DNA from: Candidatus Heimdallarchaeota archaeon
GTDB lineage: Archaea; Asgardarchaeota; Heimdallarchaeia; Heimdallarchaeales; Heimdallarchaeaceae
NCBI GenBank assembly: GCA_019057375.1
Contig: DXJF01000125.1
Location: 1 to 20,387, forward strand
Reading direction: 5' to 3'
Length of the DNA stretch: 20,387 nucleotides
A program made the translations under genes and the position numbers. The number at the start of each line of letters is the position of its first letter. Position 1 is the stretch's first letter. The notes under the pieces were generated by a model. It was not told the DNA's origin and did not search any database. It saw only the letters and a list, made by a program, of their open reading frames with translations. Shown here piece by piece: positions 8,135 through 17,520 of the stretch.

Positions 8135-8431
8135 ATGATATATCATACCGTTTCTCCTTGTAAGAAGAAGAAAGGATTTGAGGGGATACCTGAAGAATTT
8201 CACAACATCTCTTTAATGAAACTTAGAGGTGAATTACTCCTCAATTTAAAGTCCTACAAGTTACTTAGAGAAACGAAGGTAATGTTAGTTCTTCAAGATG
8301 AAGAAAAGGGAAACAAATTATCTATCTTCCCTTCATGCCGAGTTTTTATTCATGGAGATTTAAAGAAAGATGAAGCGATAGTGATTTTTGAACAAGTTAG
8401 TAAATCTGTCGAAAAAATAATTGCTTCTTAA
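8135..8431 (+). CDS. Small hypothetical protein resembling the stand-alone C-terminal domain of long MoeB/ThiF adenylyltransferases
   Basis: 98 aa. SPC near the N-terminus, ISLMKLRGEL, and LSIFPSCRVFIHG...EAIVIFEQV resemble the L-x-(I/V)FPDGR-x-II-x-G-x4-EA pattern of MoeB C-terminal extensions. Pattern recognition only. Confidence 0.45.
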   Translation: MIYHTVSPCKKKKGFEGIPEEFHNISLMKLRGELLLNLKSYKLLRETKVMLVLQDEEKGNKLSIFPSCRVFIHGDLKKDEAIVIFEQVSKSVEKIIAS

Positions 8432-8484
8432 TTCATATTGCTTTTTCATAACAATTATATAGTCTCTCTTTCTTTCATAGTGAT

Positions 8485-9273
8485 ATGCAAGGTGGAGTAC
8501 ATCTTCTCACGGGCTTACTTTTAGCTAGTTTGAGTAAAAACAAAGAGTACAAACTGGGAGCAGTTTTCGGAGCTATTTTACCAGATATTGACATAATTGT
8601 AGTAGCTGTTGTATATTTAATGATTGGTGAAAAAGCTGCTGTAATTCACCGATCTCTAACTCACAGTCTTTTGTTTCTAATTGTAGTTCCAGGAATTATT
8701 ATCAGTTTGAATTTTATTCCAAAGATTAAGAATAAGAAAAACTATGATTTTCTTGGTTTAGGAATAGGTTTGTTCTTTGGTTTAGCTATTCATATTTTAA
8801 TTGACATGATGTATTTGTATGGAGTAATTTTTCTCTGGCCATTCTCATCACAAGAAATCGGTTTTCCATTTGTAGTCTTTGCTAATATTGATCAAGGAAT
8901 AGCTAGTAATGTTCTAAAGCTAAAATTGCTTCAAACTACTGATTTCTACACAGATATTTTCTTTTTCTTCATTCCAGTCCTTATATTGGCTTACAAAATG
9001 GATGTACATAAGAAAATTAGATCGCCAGCCCTTGTTATTGTAATTATAGACTTCATTGTAACAACTGTTTTTATTGGTTTAGCCTTTAACACGAATATTT
9101 CTTATGAAAGTCATGTTATTTACCTCTATTTCCTTGGTACTTTCTTTCTATTAGCTTCGGTGATTGCGCCTATACTTTTTAGAAATGTCATTAGAGAGTT
9201 CAAATTCAATGTCTGGGAAATGTCGATAGTAATTGGATTGCTGATATTTTCACAATTCCTGTTTTTTGTCTAA
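8485..9273 (+). CDS. Membrane-bound metal-dependent hydrolase (YdjM/DUF457-like)
   Basis: H-x3-G at the N-terminus, GAILPDID, HRSLTHS and H-x3-D motifs, with multiple TM helices. Confidence 0.85.
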   Translation: MQGGVHLLTGLLLASLSKNKEYKLGAVFGAILPDIDIIVVAVVYLMIGEKAAVIHRSLTHSLLFLIVVPGIIISLNFIPKIKNKKNYDFLGLGIGLFFGLAIHILIDMMYLYGVIFLWPFSSQEIGFPFVVFANIDQGIASNVLKLKLLQTTDFYTDIFFFFIPVLILAYKMDVHKKIRSPALVIVIIDFIVTTVFIGLAFNTNISYESHVIYLYFLGTFFLLASVIAPILFRNVIREFKFNVWEMSIVIGLLIFSQFLFFV

Positions 9274-9276
9274 AAA

Positions 9277-10911
9277 CTAGATAAAGTCTTGAACATCTAA
9301 TTCTGTTAAAAGCAAGAAAATGTCATCTTTGACAAGTGTTTTACTGACTATTTCCATAAGCTTATTGATGATTTTTTCTGGTAAAAACTGCTCATCTGAT
9401 ATCATCAATTCCTTGAATATGCTTACTAATCCTTCTAGAATCTCAGGATCAGCTGATAGGTAGAGTAGTGTTTTGATAAATTGCTTAACATCACTTGGAA
9501 TCAATTTTCTTGAAACTATCAGATCGGAAAATGTCAATAATACTTGCTCTGTAACGCCTATATCCTTATGTAATTTTAGACATTCTACGAAGATATTAGC
9601 AAATTCTGTGGAGAAGCTTTCAGGATTATTTAGTATTACACTCTCTATAATATTGTATGCTCGGAATGCTACAAATGGATGATACGATTTGATTGTGATA
9701 TCTCCTATTGTTTGCAAAATAATATTAGTTAGGTCTGAATCAAGGTTCATGAAAGAATATTTTTCGACATTCTGTAGAGCAGTATAACAAATATTTTCCT
9801 CTTTTGTATTAAGAACTATACTCATTATAACACTAATTGCTGATGAAAAAATATCTGGGGAAGATTGGAGGATGATTTGAGTAAATAACTCTATAGCCCT
9901 TATTCTGACATTCTTGGTATGATGAGATTTAAGAATCTTAATTATTCTTTGAACATTTTCCTCATTTAAGTAATTTTTTTCGATAATTGAATTAAGTGCT
10001 TTTAATCCCATCTCACGGAGACGGTCTTCATATGTTGCTCGGACAATCCCAATTATTAAATCTATCAGATATGGGATTTTTTCTTCTCTAGTCATCACTA
10101 AATCAGGATAAGCTTTTATTGCTGTTTCTCTTATTTTCTGATCATAAGAAAATTTGAGCAATTTCACAATATCATTTGTAAATTGATTCAGTCTTGCTAA
10201 TGTTCTTTTTCTGACAATAATTTCCTCGAGACTTCTAAAAGCTATAATTCTCATCTCGAAGTCTTCAGATGCTTTAAAGATCATAATGTATGCTTCAGCT
10301 ATTCCGAAATAAGGAGTGTACTTGTCAATATTTGTGATAATATTATTTAAGCAACCAATAGCATTTAATCTTTCAGTTTCTTCAGAACTCATTCTTAAGA
10401 TTTCCACAATCGCAATTGCAACATCCCTACCCATATCAGGATCTTCAATAGGTAGCAATAATATTGAGTTTACCAATCCCTTTACATTGGGTTGTTTTGG
10501 TAAAAACCTGTCCTTATCCACTGCTTTGAAGAGCTGTTTAAGTTCAACAGAATCTTTCCAATTGAATTTGATTTTTCTCATTCCTTTCCTAATAATTTCA
10601 AATTCTTTAGTGAGATTAAACAGCTGATTATCTATTTTAGTCTCATAATTTACTGTTTCACCACTTATTTCCTCAATTATTTCTCCTTCTGTTTCTTCTG
10701 ATGTTATTAAGGAAGCTAAAGCTCGAGAAGCAGCGTCTCTTACTTTTGGATTTAGGTCGTTTAGTTGTGAATTTAGAAGAGCTTCTAAAACCTTTGAGTG
10801 ACGATAATTACTCAATATATATGCAGCTCTTTCTCTCTGTAGAGGTATGGAGCTATACTTCAATTGCTTAATTAAAGCATCAATATCTGAAGAATCTTCT
10901 GAGTCACTCAT
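9277..10911 (-). CDS. HEAT-repeat (alpha-solenoid) protein
   Basis: N-terminal PBS-lyase-type HEAT pair (RERAAYIL, KVRDAASRAL). After a linker come roughly nine ~40-aa repeats (ERLNAIGCL, MRIIAFRSL, IRETAIKAY, LREMGLKAL, VRIRAIELF, ICYTALQNV, VAFRAYNII and so on). Confidence 0.8.
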   Translation of the reverse strand: MSDSEDSSDIDALIKQLKYSSIPLQRERAAYILSNYRHSKVLEALLNSQLNDLNPKVRDAASRALASLITSEETEGEIIEEISGETVNYETKIDNQLFNLTKEFEIIRKGMRKIKFNWKDSVELKQLFKAVDKDRFLPKQPNVKGLVNSILLLPIEDPDMGRDVAIAIVEILRMSSEETERLNAIGCLNNIITNIDKYTPYFGIAEAYIMIFKASEDFEMRIIAFRSLEEIIVRKRTLARLNQFTNDIVKLLKFSYDQKIRETAIKAYPDLVMTREEKIPYLIDLIIGIVRATYEDRLREMGLKALNSIIEKNYLNEENVQRIIKILKSHHTKNVRIRAIELFTQIILQSSPDIFSSAISVIMSIVLNTKEENICYTALQNVEKYSFMNLDSDLTNIILQTIGDITIKSYHPFVAFRAYNIIESVILNNPESFSTEFANIFVECLKLHKDIGVTEQVLLTFSDLIVSRKLIPSDVKQFIKTLLYLSADPEILEGLVSIFKELMISDEQFLPEKIINKLMEIVSKTLVKDDIFLLLTELDVQDFI

Positions 10912-11030
10912 TGTAGCAATTTACCATTTCCTTTTGAGTATAAGAATTTTATTTTACTTTTAAATGAAGAATTTAGATTCAACTTACTATACAAAAAATC
11001 TTTATTGTAGCAGAATCTGTAAGGATTAAG

Positions 11031-12020
11031 ATGAAAGTTCTTTTTATGACAAATGTACAGGAAGAAGAAAAGAAAATTACCAAAAAGACTATAGATTCTT
11101 CAGCTTTACTAGTATACTATTTTGAGCTTAACGATGAAGAAAAAAATAAAGCGTTACAAACTGCTGATATCATTGTTGGTGGTAGACTAACTGACGAACA
11201 CCTTGCAACTGTTAAGAATCTAAAATTTCATCAAATCTTAGGTACAGGATTAAATAGACACAAACTTAGTTTCTATAAAGAAAACAACATAATGCTTTGC
11301 AATAATCATTCCCATGCATCAATTATTGCTGAACATGGTTTTTCTCTTCTTAATGCTGCTTCAAAAGAGTTAGACCGAAATGATAAACTCCTAAGAGAAG
11401 GAAATTGGGATTATAGAAAATTTCAGTCTGTAACCTTATTCGATAAAAAAATGCTATTCTTGGGATATGGAGAAATTGCTAAGCAATTCAAAAAAATGTG
11501 TGAACCATTTAATATGAAATATCTAGCAATCAAAAGAAACAAAGCTTCTACAGTAGAAGATGTTGAGTTTTTTACAGTTGAAGAGAAACTCGAAGCGATT
11601 AAGCAAGCAGATTTCATCTTCAATAGTTTACCTGGAACCACGAAGACAGAAAATTTTCTAGACCAGAAGGAATTTGCTGTTATGAAGTCCTCAGCAATTA
11701 TTGTTAATGTTGGAAGAGGAATAACAATCAATGCTGAAGCAATGTTCAATGCCTTAAAAGATAAAAAAATCAAAGCAGCTGCCATTGATGTCTGGTATAA
11801 TTACCCACAAAGAAGAGGAAGTGATGAACAGGATCCAATCCCCTGTTATCCATCTGATTTTCCATTTCAAGAACTTGATAATATAATTATGAGTGCACAT
11901 AGAGCATGGAATACAGACTTTCCTAGAAGATATTTTCTAGATGCAGTTATACCTAACATCAACCGCTTTATTCGAGGAGAAGAATTAAAAAATATGGTAA
12001 ATTTAGATGAAGAATACTAA
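11031..12020 (+). CDS. D-isomer-specific 2-hydroxyacid dehydrogenase (NAD-binding)
   Basis: Rossmann motif LFLGYGEIA, NVGRG (catalytic Arg), AAIDVW, SAHRA (catalytic His), IAEH. The substrate cannot be assigned from sequence. Confidence 0.9.
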   Translation: MKVLFMTNVQEEEKKITKKTIDSSALLVYYFELNDEEKNKALQTADIIVGGRLTDEHLATVKNLKFHQILGTGLNRHKLSFYKENNIMLCNNHSHASIIAEHGFSLLNAASKELDRNDKLLREGNWDYRKFQSVTLFDKKMLFLGYGEIAKQFKKMCEPFNMKYLAIKRNKASTVEDVEFFTVEEKLEAIKQADFIFNSLPGTTKTENFLDQKEFAVMKSSAIIVNVGRGITINAEAMFNALKDKKIKAAAIDVWYNYPQRRGSDEQDPIPCYPSDFPFQELDNIIMSAHRAWNTDFPRRYFLDAVIPNINRFIRGEELKNMVNLDEEY

Positions 12021-12021
12021 A

Positions 12022-12894
12022 TCACTCATCTGTTTTTGATTCTAAATTGACTTTCTCAGACTTCTTTTGTATTATGTGTCCTGTAATTGAAGCTACTATT
12101 AGCATTAGAATTAGAACACCAAAGATGATGAAAAAGATCATGTTGAATTGCCCTGAAGCTGCTTCAAATTGCTCTTGAGTTAGTGTAAGAATATATTCTG
12201 GGGCATTTCCACTTAATAATTTCACACCAAGAAATGCATAAAATATTGAACGTGGAATGGATCCGATAAAAGTTGCTAATGTATACTGTTTCCACCTAAT
12301 ATTAGAAATTCCTGCTGCATAAGATATGGGATCAAACATCACAACAGGAACAGCTCTTCCTACAATAATTGCCCAGACACCCCATTTCTCTATCCATTTA
12401 TCCATTGCAATAACAAACCTGTCAGCAAAGCCAATATGATCACCTGTAGATTCTAGAATAGGTCTTCCCCCTTTGTTCGCAATATAGAATGTTACAACAC
12501 CACTTAAAACTGATCCAATAACTCCAACGAGTAATCCAAGCCAGATTCCATAAAGCATCCCCCCGCATAGCAATACTAATTCAGAAGGGATTGGGACAAT
12601 CAAGCTTTGAATGATCATAAGCGCTAGAAAGAGAAAAATGGACCAATAACCCATTCTAACAAGGGGAGCTAGGAAATAATCTCGGATTATCTCGAAAAGA
12701 AATGTTTTATCTATTATAATCATAATTAGTACAGCTACAGAAATAATGACTAATATCACAAAAAACGCTACAAGAACAATGCGTTTCTTTGTCCAAACTA
12801 CTTTCTTTCTTCCAGTAGGAGTTAATGAATCATCGTTTTTCAAAGAATCATCATCGACTGAATCAGTATTACTTGATTCTATTGAGCTGCTCAT
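12022..12894 (-). CDS. TVP38/TMEM64 (DedA/VTT, SNARE-associated) family membrane protein
   Basis: VPIPSELVLLCGGMLYG, GRAVPVVMFDPISYAAG and YTLATFIGSIPR are DedA/VTT motifs. Confidence 0.9.
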   Translation of the reverse strand: MSSSIESSNTDSVDDDSLKNDDSLTPTGRKKVVWTKKRIVLVAFFVILVIISVAVLIMIIIDKTFLFEIIRDYFLAPLVRMGYWSIFLFLALMIIQSLIVPIPSELVLLCGGMLYGIWLGLLVGVIGSVLSGVVTFYIANKGGRPILESTGDHIGFADRFVIAMDKWIEKWGVWAIIVGRAVPVVMFDPISYAAGISNIRWKQYTLATFIGSIPRSIFYAFLGVKLLSGNAPEYILTLTQEQFEAASGQFNMIFFIIFGVLILMLIVASITGHIIQKKSEKVNLESKTDE

Positions 12895-12917
12895 CTTGTT
12901 CTATCAACTTGCTTTAC

Positions 12918-12925
12918 TATTTAAA
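12918..12925 (-). promoter_or_regulatory. TATA box (TTTAAATA) with an upstream GAAAAG BRE-like element for the TVP38 gene
   Basis: Minus strand reads TGAAAAG-TTTAAATA, 24-31 nt upstream of ATG 12894. Confidence 0.6.
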
Positions 12926-13156
12926 CTTTTCAAAGCAGAAAAAAGGATAATATGAGAAGACATCATACAAAATAAGAATACCTTTCTCAATTTAAGACAA
13001 AGAATATATAGAAACAAACCTCTTTTTCATGCATTACAGTTTCCAAAAATAGGTTAGAAGCATTCTCGCGGTTTTTTGAGAGAATTTTCTAATCACCACA
13101 TACTTAAAACTGTTAAGCAATAGAAATATAAGTGTAAATATATTGAAAGTATTAGA

Positions 13157-16100
13157 ATGAAGAGAAAAAAGCCCCTTTATCTATTATTCATTATTATCTT
13201 ATTTGTTTCATCAACAGTATCACTTAGTCAGCAATTGATTGTGAATGCTCAAACAGGAATGGATGAAGATCTATTCTTACTCCTTAACAGAACCGGAGAT
13301 GAAATAGGTATAGAATCTAAATCAACTGTTGATACTTCAGGTAATTTTCATTTTCTCGCACGAATTGTATATGAAAATGGTACATTTATGATAATTCACA
13401 AGGTAAATGGCGAAACCAACATTGTAATAATCGAGGAAAACTCTATTGAATATTTCGAGCTGTTTTCCATAGATGGAGGGATTGAATTATTTTACGCATT
13501 TCACACTTTCTTTGGTTATATGAAATTCCATAGATACAACTGGACAGAAACAGCAGGCCCAAATGATGGTGAGTTTTATGCTTATAATGCTAACATGAAC
13601 TATCCTCGCATGAAAATCTATTATGAAGAAAATAATACTTTGTTCATGGTTTTAGCTTTCATTCAAAATTGGCCTCCAACATCGGAAATTTCTACAACTA
13701 GATTTGAAATGTCGCGTTTTTACGAAAACGGAACACATGTTCTTGAGAAAGTTTGTGTTCTAGACTACGAATTTGACTATTTGGTTGATTTTCATTATGT
13801 CAATGATACAATTTATAGTCTTTACAGATATACTCCTAGATTTTCCTACGTTCATTGGTATGGAACAATAGTTACGAAAGGGTACATTGATTCTTATGTG
13901 TCAAACAATATGACCATACTTGAAGGAGGGTTTGATCCAAAGTTTTATTTGACAAATGATGGGGATTTCAATCTAGCAATGGCAAGAGACGACAAGATTT
14001 ATCGTCTAAAATACTCTATAAACCAAACAATTGATTTTGCCGATTTCAATATTACAACCACAGGAGTTTATCCTTACAATAATTTTTATGCTATTCAAGG
14101 AGAAAATAACTCAAAATATGTTATTAACTCAGAACCTCATGTTAGTACAGAGGAGTTTTTCTCTGGAGATAACCTGAAGTCTAAGGTAGCTATCATAACT
14201 GACGACTATACAAATTTCACAAAAGAAGAAATTTTCATTTATAATGTACCAGACAAAGATAATTATTATTCATTCTATGTTTATGAAACAGAAGATGGAA
14301 AAAGAATATTTACACATACAACACTTCTAACGCAAGGAGATTTGCCAGGGCGCATCTTCTCAGAGGAGGAGATGATTGCATTCTATGTTTCCTCAGACTA
14401 TGATATTGAAGAATTTAAAAAACTTGGTTTTCTTGGATTAGAGGAACTGAATAGATTCCAGATCTTTTTCAAGAATGTTGGCATTTATTTAATAGTTGCT
14501 GGATCAGTTATAGTTCTTTTTGCTGCATTGCTTAGAAAGAGAGTGAAAAGTAGTTTCATTCTAATTAAAAGATACTTGACCAGACCAATTTACGAAGATA
14601 AGAATAAACTCTTATTACCATTTATCAACTTCTGGGCATTTATATCTAATTTCTTCTCATCACTTTTTGATCTTTTTAAAACGAATAAGAAACGTCATCT
14701 AATGAATCTAATTAGCATGACTGTTTTAGCTTTAATTATACTAACAAGTACTGCACTTTATAGCTCAAAGAGAGAAGTTATGTTTGATGAATATACAAAT
14801 ACTCTTGACATACTAAATGATGGAAAAGAAAGCTTATCTCTATCTTACAGTTACGATACAAGAAACCAAGATGTAAGCATTCCAGCAGTCCAAAATTTTG
14901 AGCAAGTTGCATTAAGTGAAATTTTCACAGGACTTAAACTGGAACAAGAAGTTTTTGCGAGTATTGTGAGTGGGTTTGAATACTCGACGGGATTTTATGG
15001 AATGATAGAGGATCTGAATTCTACTTCTAGTTCTTTGAGAAGTATAACATACATGGCTATATCAAATAATTACAGTAGTTTCATAAATGAGTTCATAGTT
15101 GAGGGGAGATTACCAAATGCACCAGGAGAAGTCTTATTACAATATGATGTTGCTCATACTGTTGATCATAATCCTTCCATAAATTTGAATGTTACAGTAG
15201 GTGACACAATCACTTTCTGGGGATCTCAAATTGGTGCTTATAATACTTATCTAGGAGATACACATGTAAACCTAACAGTCGTAGGAATATTTGAATCTCC
15301 AAGTCCAGGAGATTTTGAAAGAATTTGGACTGATTATAATCTTCCTATGGATTCTTCTCAAATTTTAACTGGCCTTTTTGGAGGAATGGTTTCTTTTGGC
15401 GAAAATGCTTGGGCTAATTTAGAAGGATTAAATCCATACTATATGTTCGTAAATACTTATGTACAACTCTATTATGATTTCAGTAATTTCAAACCAGAGA
15501 TGTTAACTCAGTTAATGGAAGAAATTGAAGAAATATCTGAGGGCCATCACATTTTTAAATTCACTGGAGATATGAAAAATGGATATTGGGATTTCAACAT
15601 TGAATTAGATGAAATGATAGAGATTCTCGAACCTAGAATTCAATCATCAATGCTATTGTTTTTCATGTTAGCTGTACCAATTCTATATCTGGCAATATTT
15701 CTGATATTTGAGACAAATGAGTTGTATTCGCAAGGACTTGAACAAGAGATAGAAATATTTAAAACAAAAGGATTGTCATCTGGAAGAATAGCCTTTAACT
15801 ATATGATTTTGAAGATTTTTGAATCCATAGCAGCGGCATTTGTCGGGTTTGGTTTATCCTTTGTTTTAGTACCTCCGTTACTGAAAGTTGATTCTTTCCT
15901 TACTTTCAATCAGCAGAATCAAGTGCTGAATTTCAGTGGTTTGGGATGGGCCACACTATTTACTGTAACAGCTTTAATAGTAGTCTCTATACCAAAGATT
16001 GTTCAGGTTTCAACAAAGAAAACTACTTTCCAAAAAACTCCACAAAGACTTGTTACTCTTTTAAAACAAATAAGAATTCCTACAATACTACTAATTGGAG

Positions 16101-17512
16101 CTGGTATAGGTGTAACTTTTCTTTTCTTCAGTCTGTACAAAGTAAATCTAAGAAACCTATCCTCCACTGGAAATACATCATTTATAATGATTAATATCTA
16201 TCTTGCAGGACTAGGGGTACTATTAGCTCTATTAGGTATTGGATTATTGCTCAAAGATTTGCATGGAGTTATTATGATTGCAATAAGCAAAATTTCGTGG
16301 AATCGGAAAAAAACTGTAGGTTCATTTACATTGGTTGAAGTTCGATCAGACATCAAACTATTCAGTAACATTTTCTTTGCTTTTCTGTTAATAGTAGGAA
16401 TCACTATTCCATCAATTATGGCCCCCTTAAGTGTAGAATTCAATTATGATAAAGATGCATATTTGTATAATGGTGCAGATATTTTCGTTAAGAATTGGAT
16501 GGATCAAAATCAATCTCTGTTGCCAGAAATTCAAGCTATACCAGGAATAGAAAGTACTGCGTTTGTTCATGAAATAGAAGCTAGATATGGTTTTGACCCA
16601 TTAGCAGTGTATCTGATAGAGAACACTACGGAATTTTTGAACACGGTCTATACACCACCAAATAGGTTGTTTAATGATTGGGAAAGGACAATACCAGCAT
16701 TAGAAGCTAATGACACAATGCTTAGCACAAAATACTTCTTTGATGATAGAGCTGGAGAAAAATATGAATTCGAATTTGAGTCACTCTTTCCACCATTGAA
16801 TTTTACATTCGAAATATATGACATTTTTAACTACATTCCTGTTTTTTACACAGCTGGAGAATATATTCCAGGAGTGACAGTGAGAATCGCAGGTGTGGTA
16901 ATGACACAATCTAATTTTGAGAGAATAAGAGAAACTGTGGACATCACAAGTGAGAAATATAAGGATAGGTTACTCATTAGACTGTCAGAAAATGCAAATT
17001 TTACCTTGATAGAGCATTATCTAACTGAAGAATTGAACCTAGGCATAGACTCAGCAATTACTGATAGTGAAGAAAGGCAGTTTGAAACATTTCCATTCCT
17101 CAATATAGTCTCGGCAGAATTCGCTCTTTCAATGCTAGTGTGTTTGATAGCTATAGCTTTCATAAGCATAAGCAATCCCATAAAAATCCTACAACAAAGA
17201 ATAACCAAAAATGACAGACTAAAGAAGATGGGAATATCTACGAAAAGAATTATACGCTTAACGATGTTCGAAGCGATGTTCACTGGGATTATACCAGGAT
17301 TATTATTAGGAACAGGAGTGGGATTCGCTATAATGTGGGGATTCACTTGGGCAACGAAGAGATTCTTCTATAGTGGAATAAATTATCTGTGGAAATTCAA
17401 CGCATTAGCATTCATTATAGCTTACATTGTAGCACCTGTACTTTTCATGGTGATATTTTATCTGTCGATGAAAAGAAATTATGCAAAATATATGCCAAGG
17501 AATCTGGAGTAG
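13157..17512 (+). CDS. MacB/FtsX-family ABC permease (two FtsX halves) with a signal peptide and an extra ~400-aa N-terminal extracellular domain
   Basis: Signal-like N-terminus, then a beta-rich domain and a TM at about aa 440-462. A MacB-type TM1 and ectodomain lead to FtsX motif 1 (EQEIEIFKTKGLSSGRI); a second ectodomain leads to FtsX motif 2 (KNDRLKKMGISTKRI), followed by terminal TMs. Confidence 0.9.
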   Translation: MKRKKPLYLLFIIILFVSSTVSLSQQLIVNAQTGMDEDLFLLLNRTGDEIGIESKSTVDTSGNFHFLARIVYENGTFMIIHKVNGETNIVIIEENSIEYFELFSIDGGIELFYAFHTFFGYMKFHRYNWTETAGPNDGEFYAYNANMNYPRMKIYYEENNTLFMVLAFIQNWPPTSEISTTRFEMSRFYENGTHVLEKVCVLDYEFDYLVDFHYVNDTIYSLYRYTPRFSYVHWYGTIVTKGYIDSYVSNNMTILEGGFDPKFYLTNDGDFNLAMARDDKIYRLKYSINQTIDFADFNITTTGVYPYNNFYAIQGENNSKYVINSEPHVSTEEFFSGDNLKSKVAIITDDYTNFTKEEIFIYNVPDKDNYYSFYVYETEDGKRIFTHTTLLTQGDLPGRIFSEEEMIAFYVSSDYDIEEFKKLGFLGLEELNRFQIFFKNVGIYLIVAGSVIVLFAALLRKRVKSSFILIKRYLTRPIYEDKNKLLLPFINFWAFISNFFSSLFDLFKTNKKRHLMNLISMTVLALIILTSTALYSSKREVMFDEYTNTLDILNDGKESLSLSYSYDTRNQDVSIPAVQNFEQVALSEIFTGLKLEQEVFASIVSGFEYSTGFYGMIEDLNSTSSSLRSITYMAISNNYSSFINEFIVEGRLPNAPGEVLLQYDVAHTVDHNPSINLNVTVGDTITFWGSQIGAYNTYLGDTHVNLTVVGIFESPSPGDFERIWTDYNLPMDSSQILTGLFGGMVSFGENAWANLEGLNPYYMFVNTYVQLYYDFSNFKPEMLTQLMEEIEEISEGHHIFKFTGDMKNGYWDFNIELDEMIEILEPRIQSSMLLFFMLAVPILYLAIFLIFETNELYSQGLEQEIEIFKTKGLSSGRIAFNYMILKIFESIAAAFVGFGLSFVLVPPLLKVDSFLTFNQQNQVLNFSGLGWATLFTVTALIVVSIPKIVQVSTKKTTFQKTPQRLVTLLKQIRIPTILLIGAGIGVTFLFFSLYKVNLRNLSSTGNTSFIMINIYLAGLGVLLALLGIGLLLKDLHGVIMIAISKISWNRKKTVGSFTLVEVRSDIKLFSNIFFAFLLIVGITIPSIMAPLSVEFNYDKDAYLYNGADIFVKNWMDQNQSLLPEIQAIPGIESTAFVHEIEARYGFDPLAVYLIENTTEFLNTVYTPPNRLFNDWERTIPALEANDTMLSTKYFFDDRAGEKYEFEFESLFPPLNFTFEIYDIFNYIPVFYTAGEYIPGVTVRIAGVVMTQSNFERIRETVDITSEKYKDRLLIRLSENANFTLIEHYLTEELNLGIDSAITDSEERQFETFPFLNIVSAEFALSMLVCLIAIAFISISNPIKILQQRITKNDRLKKMGISTKRIIRLTMFEAMFTGIIPGLLLGTGVGFAIMWGFTWATKRFFYSGINYLWKFNALAFIIAYIVAPVLFMVIFYLSMKRNYAKYMPRNLE

Positions 17513-17520
17513 TGAAAAAA

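Noticed and set aside
9473-12955. ORFs 9473-9682, 10316-10627, 11423-11785 and 12746-12955
   Set aside because: Antisense shadows of the HEAT, dehydrogenase and TVP38 genes.
17389-17511. ATPase start at 17389 as given in the ORF track
   Set aside because: It overlaps the permease by 124 nt and adds non-homologous residues; the NBD begins at MIRCVDV (17521).
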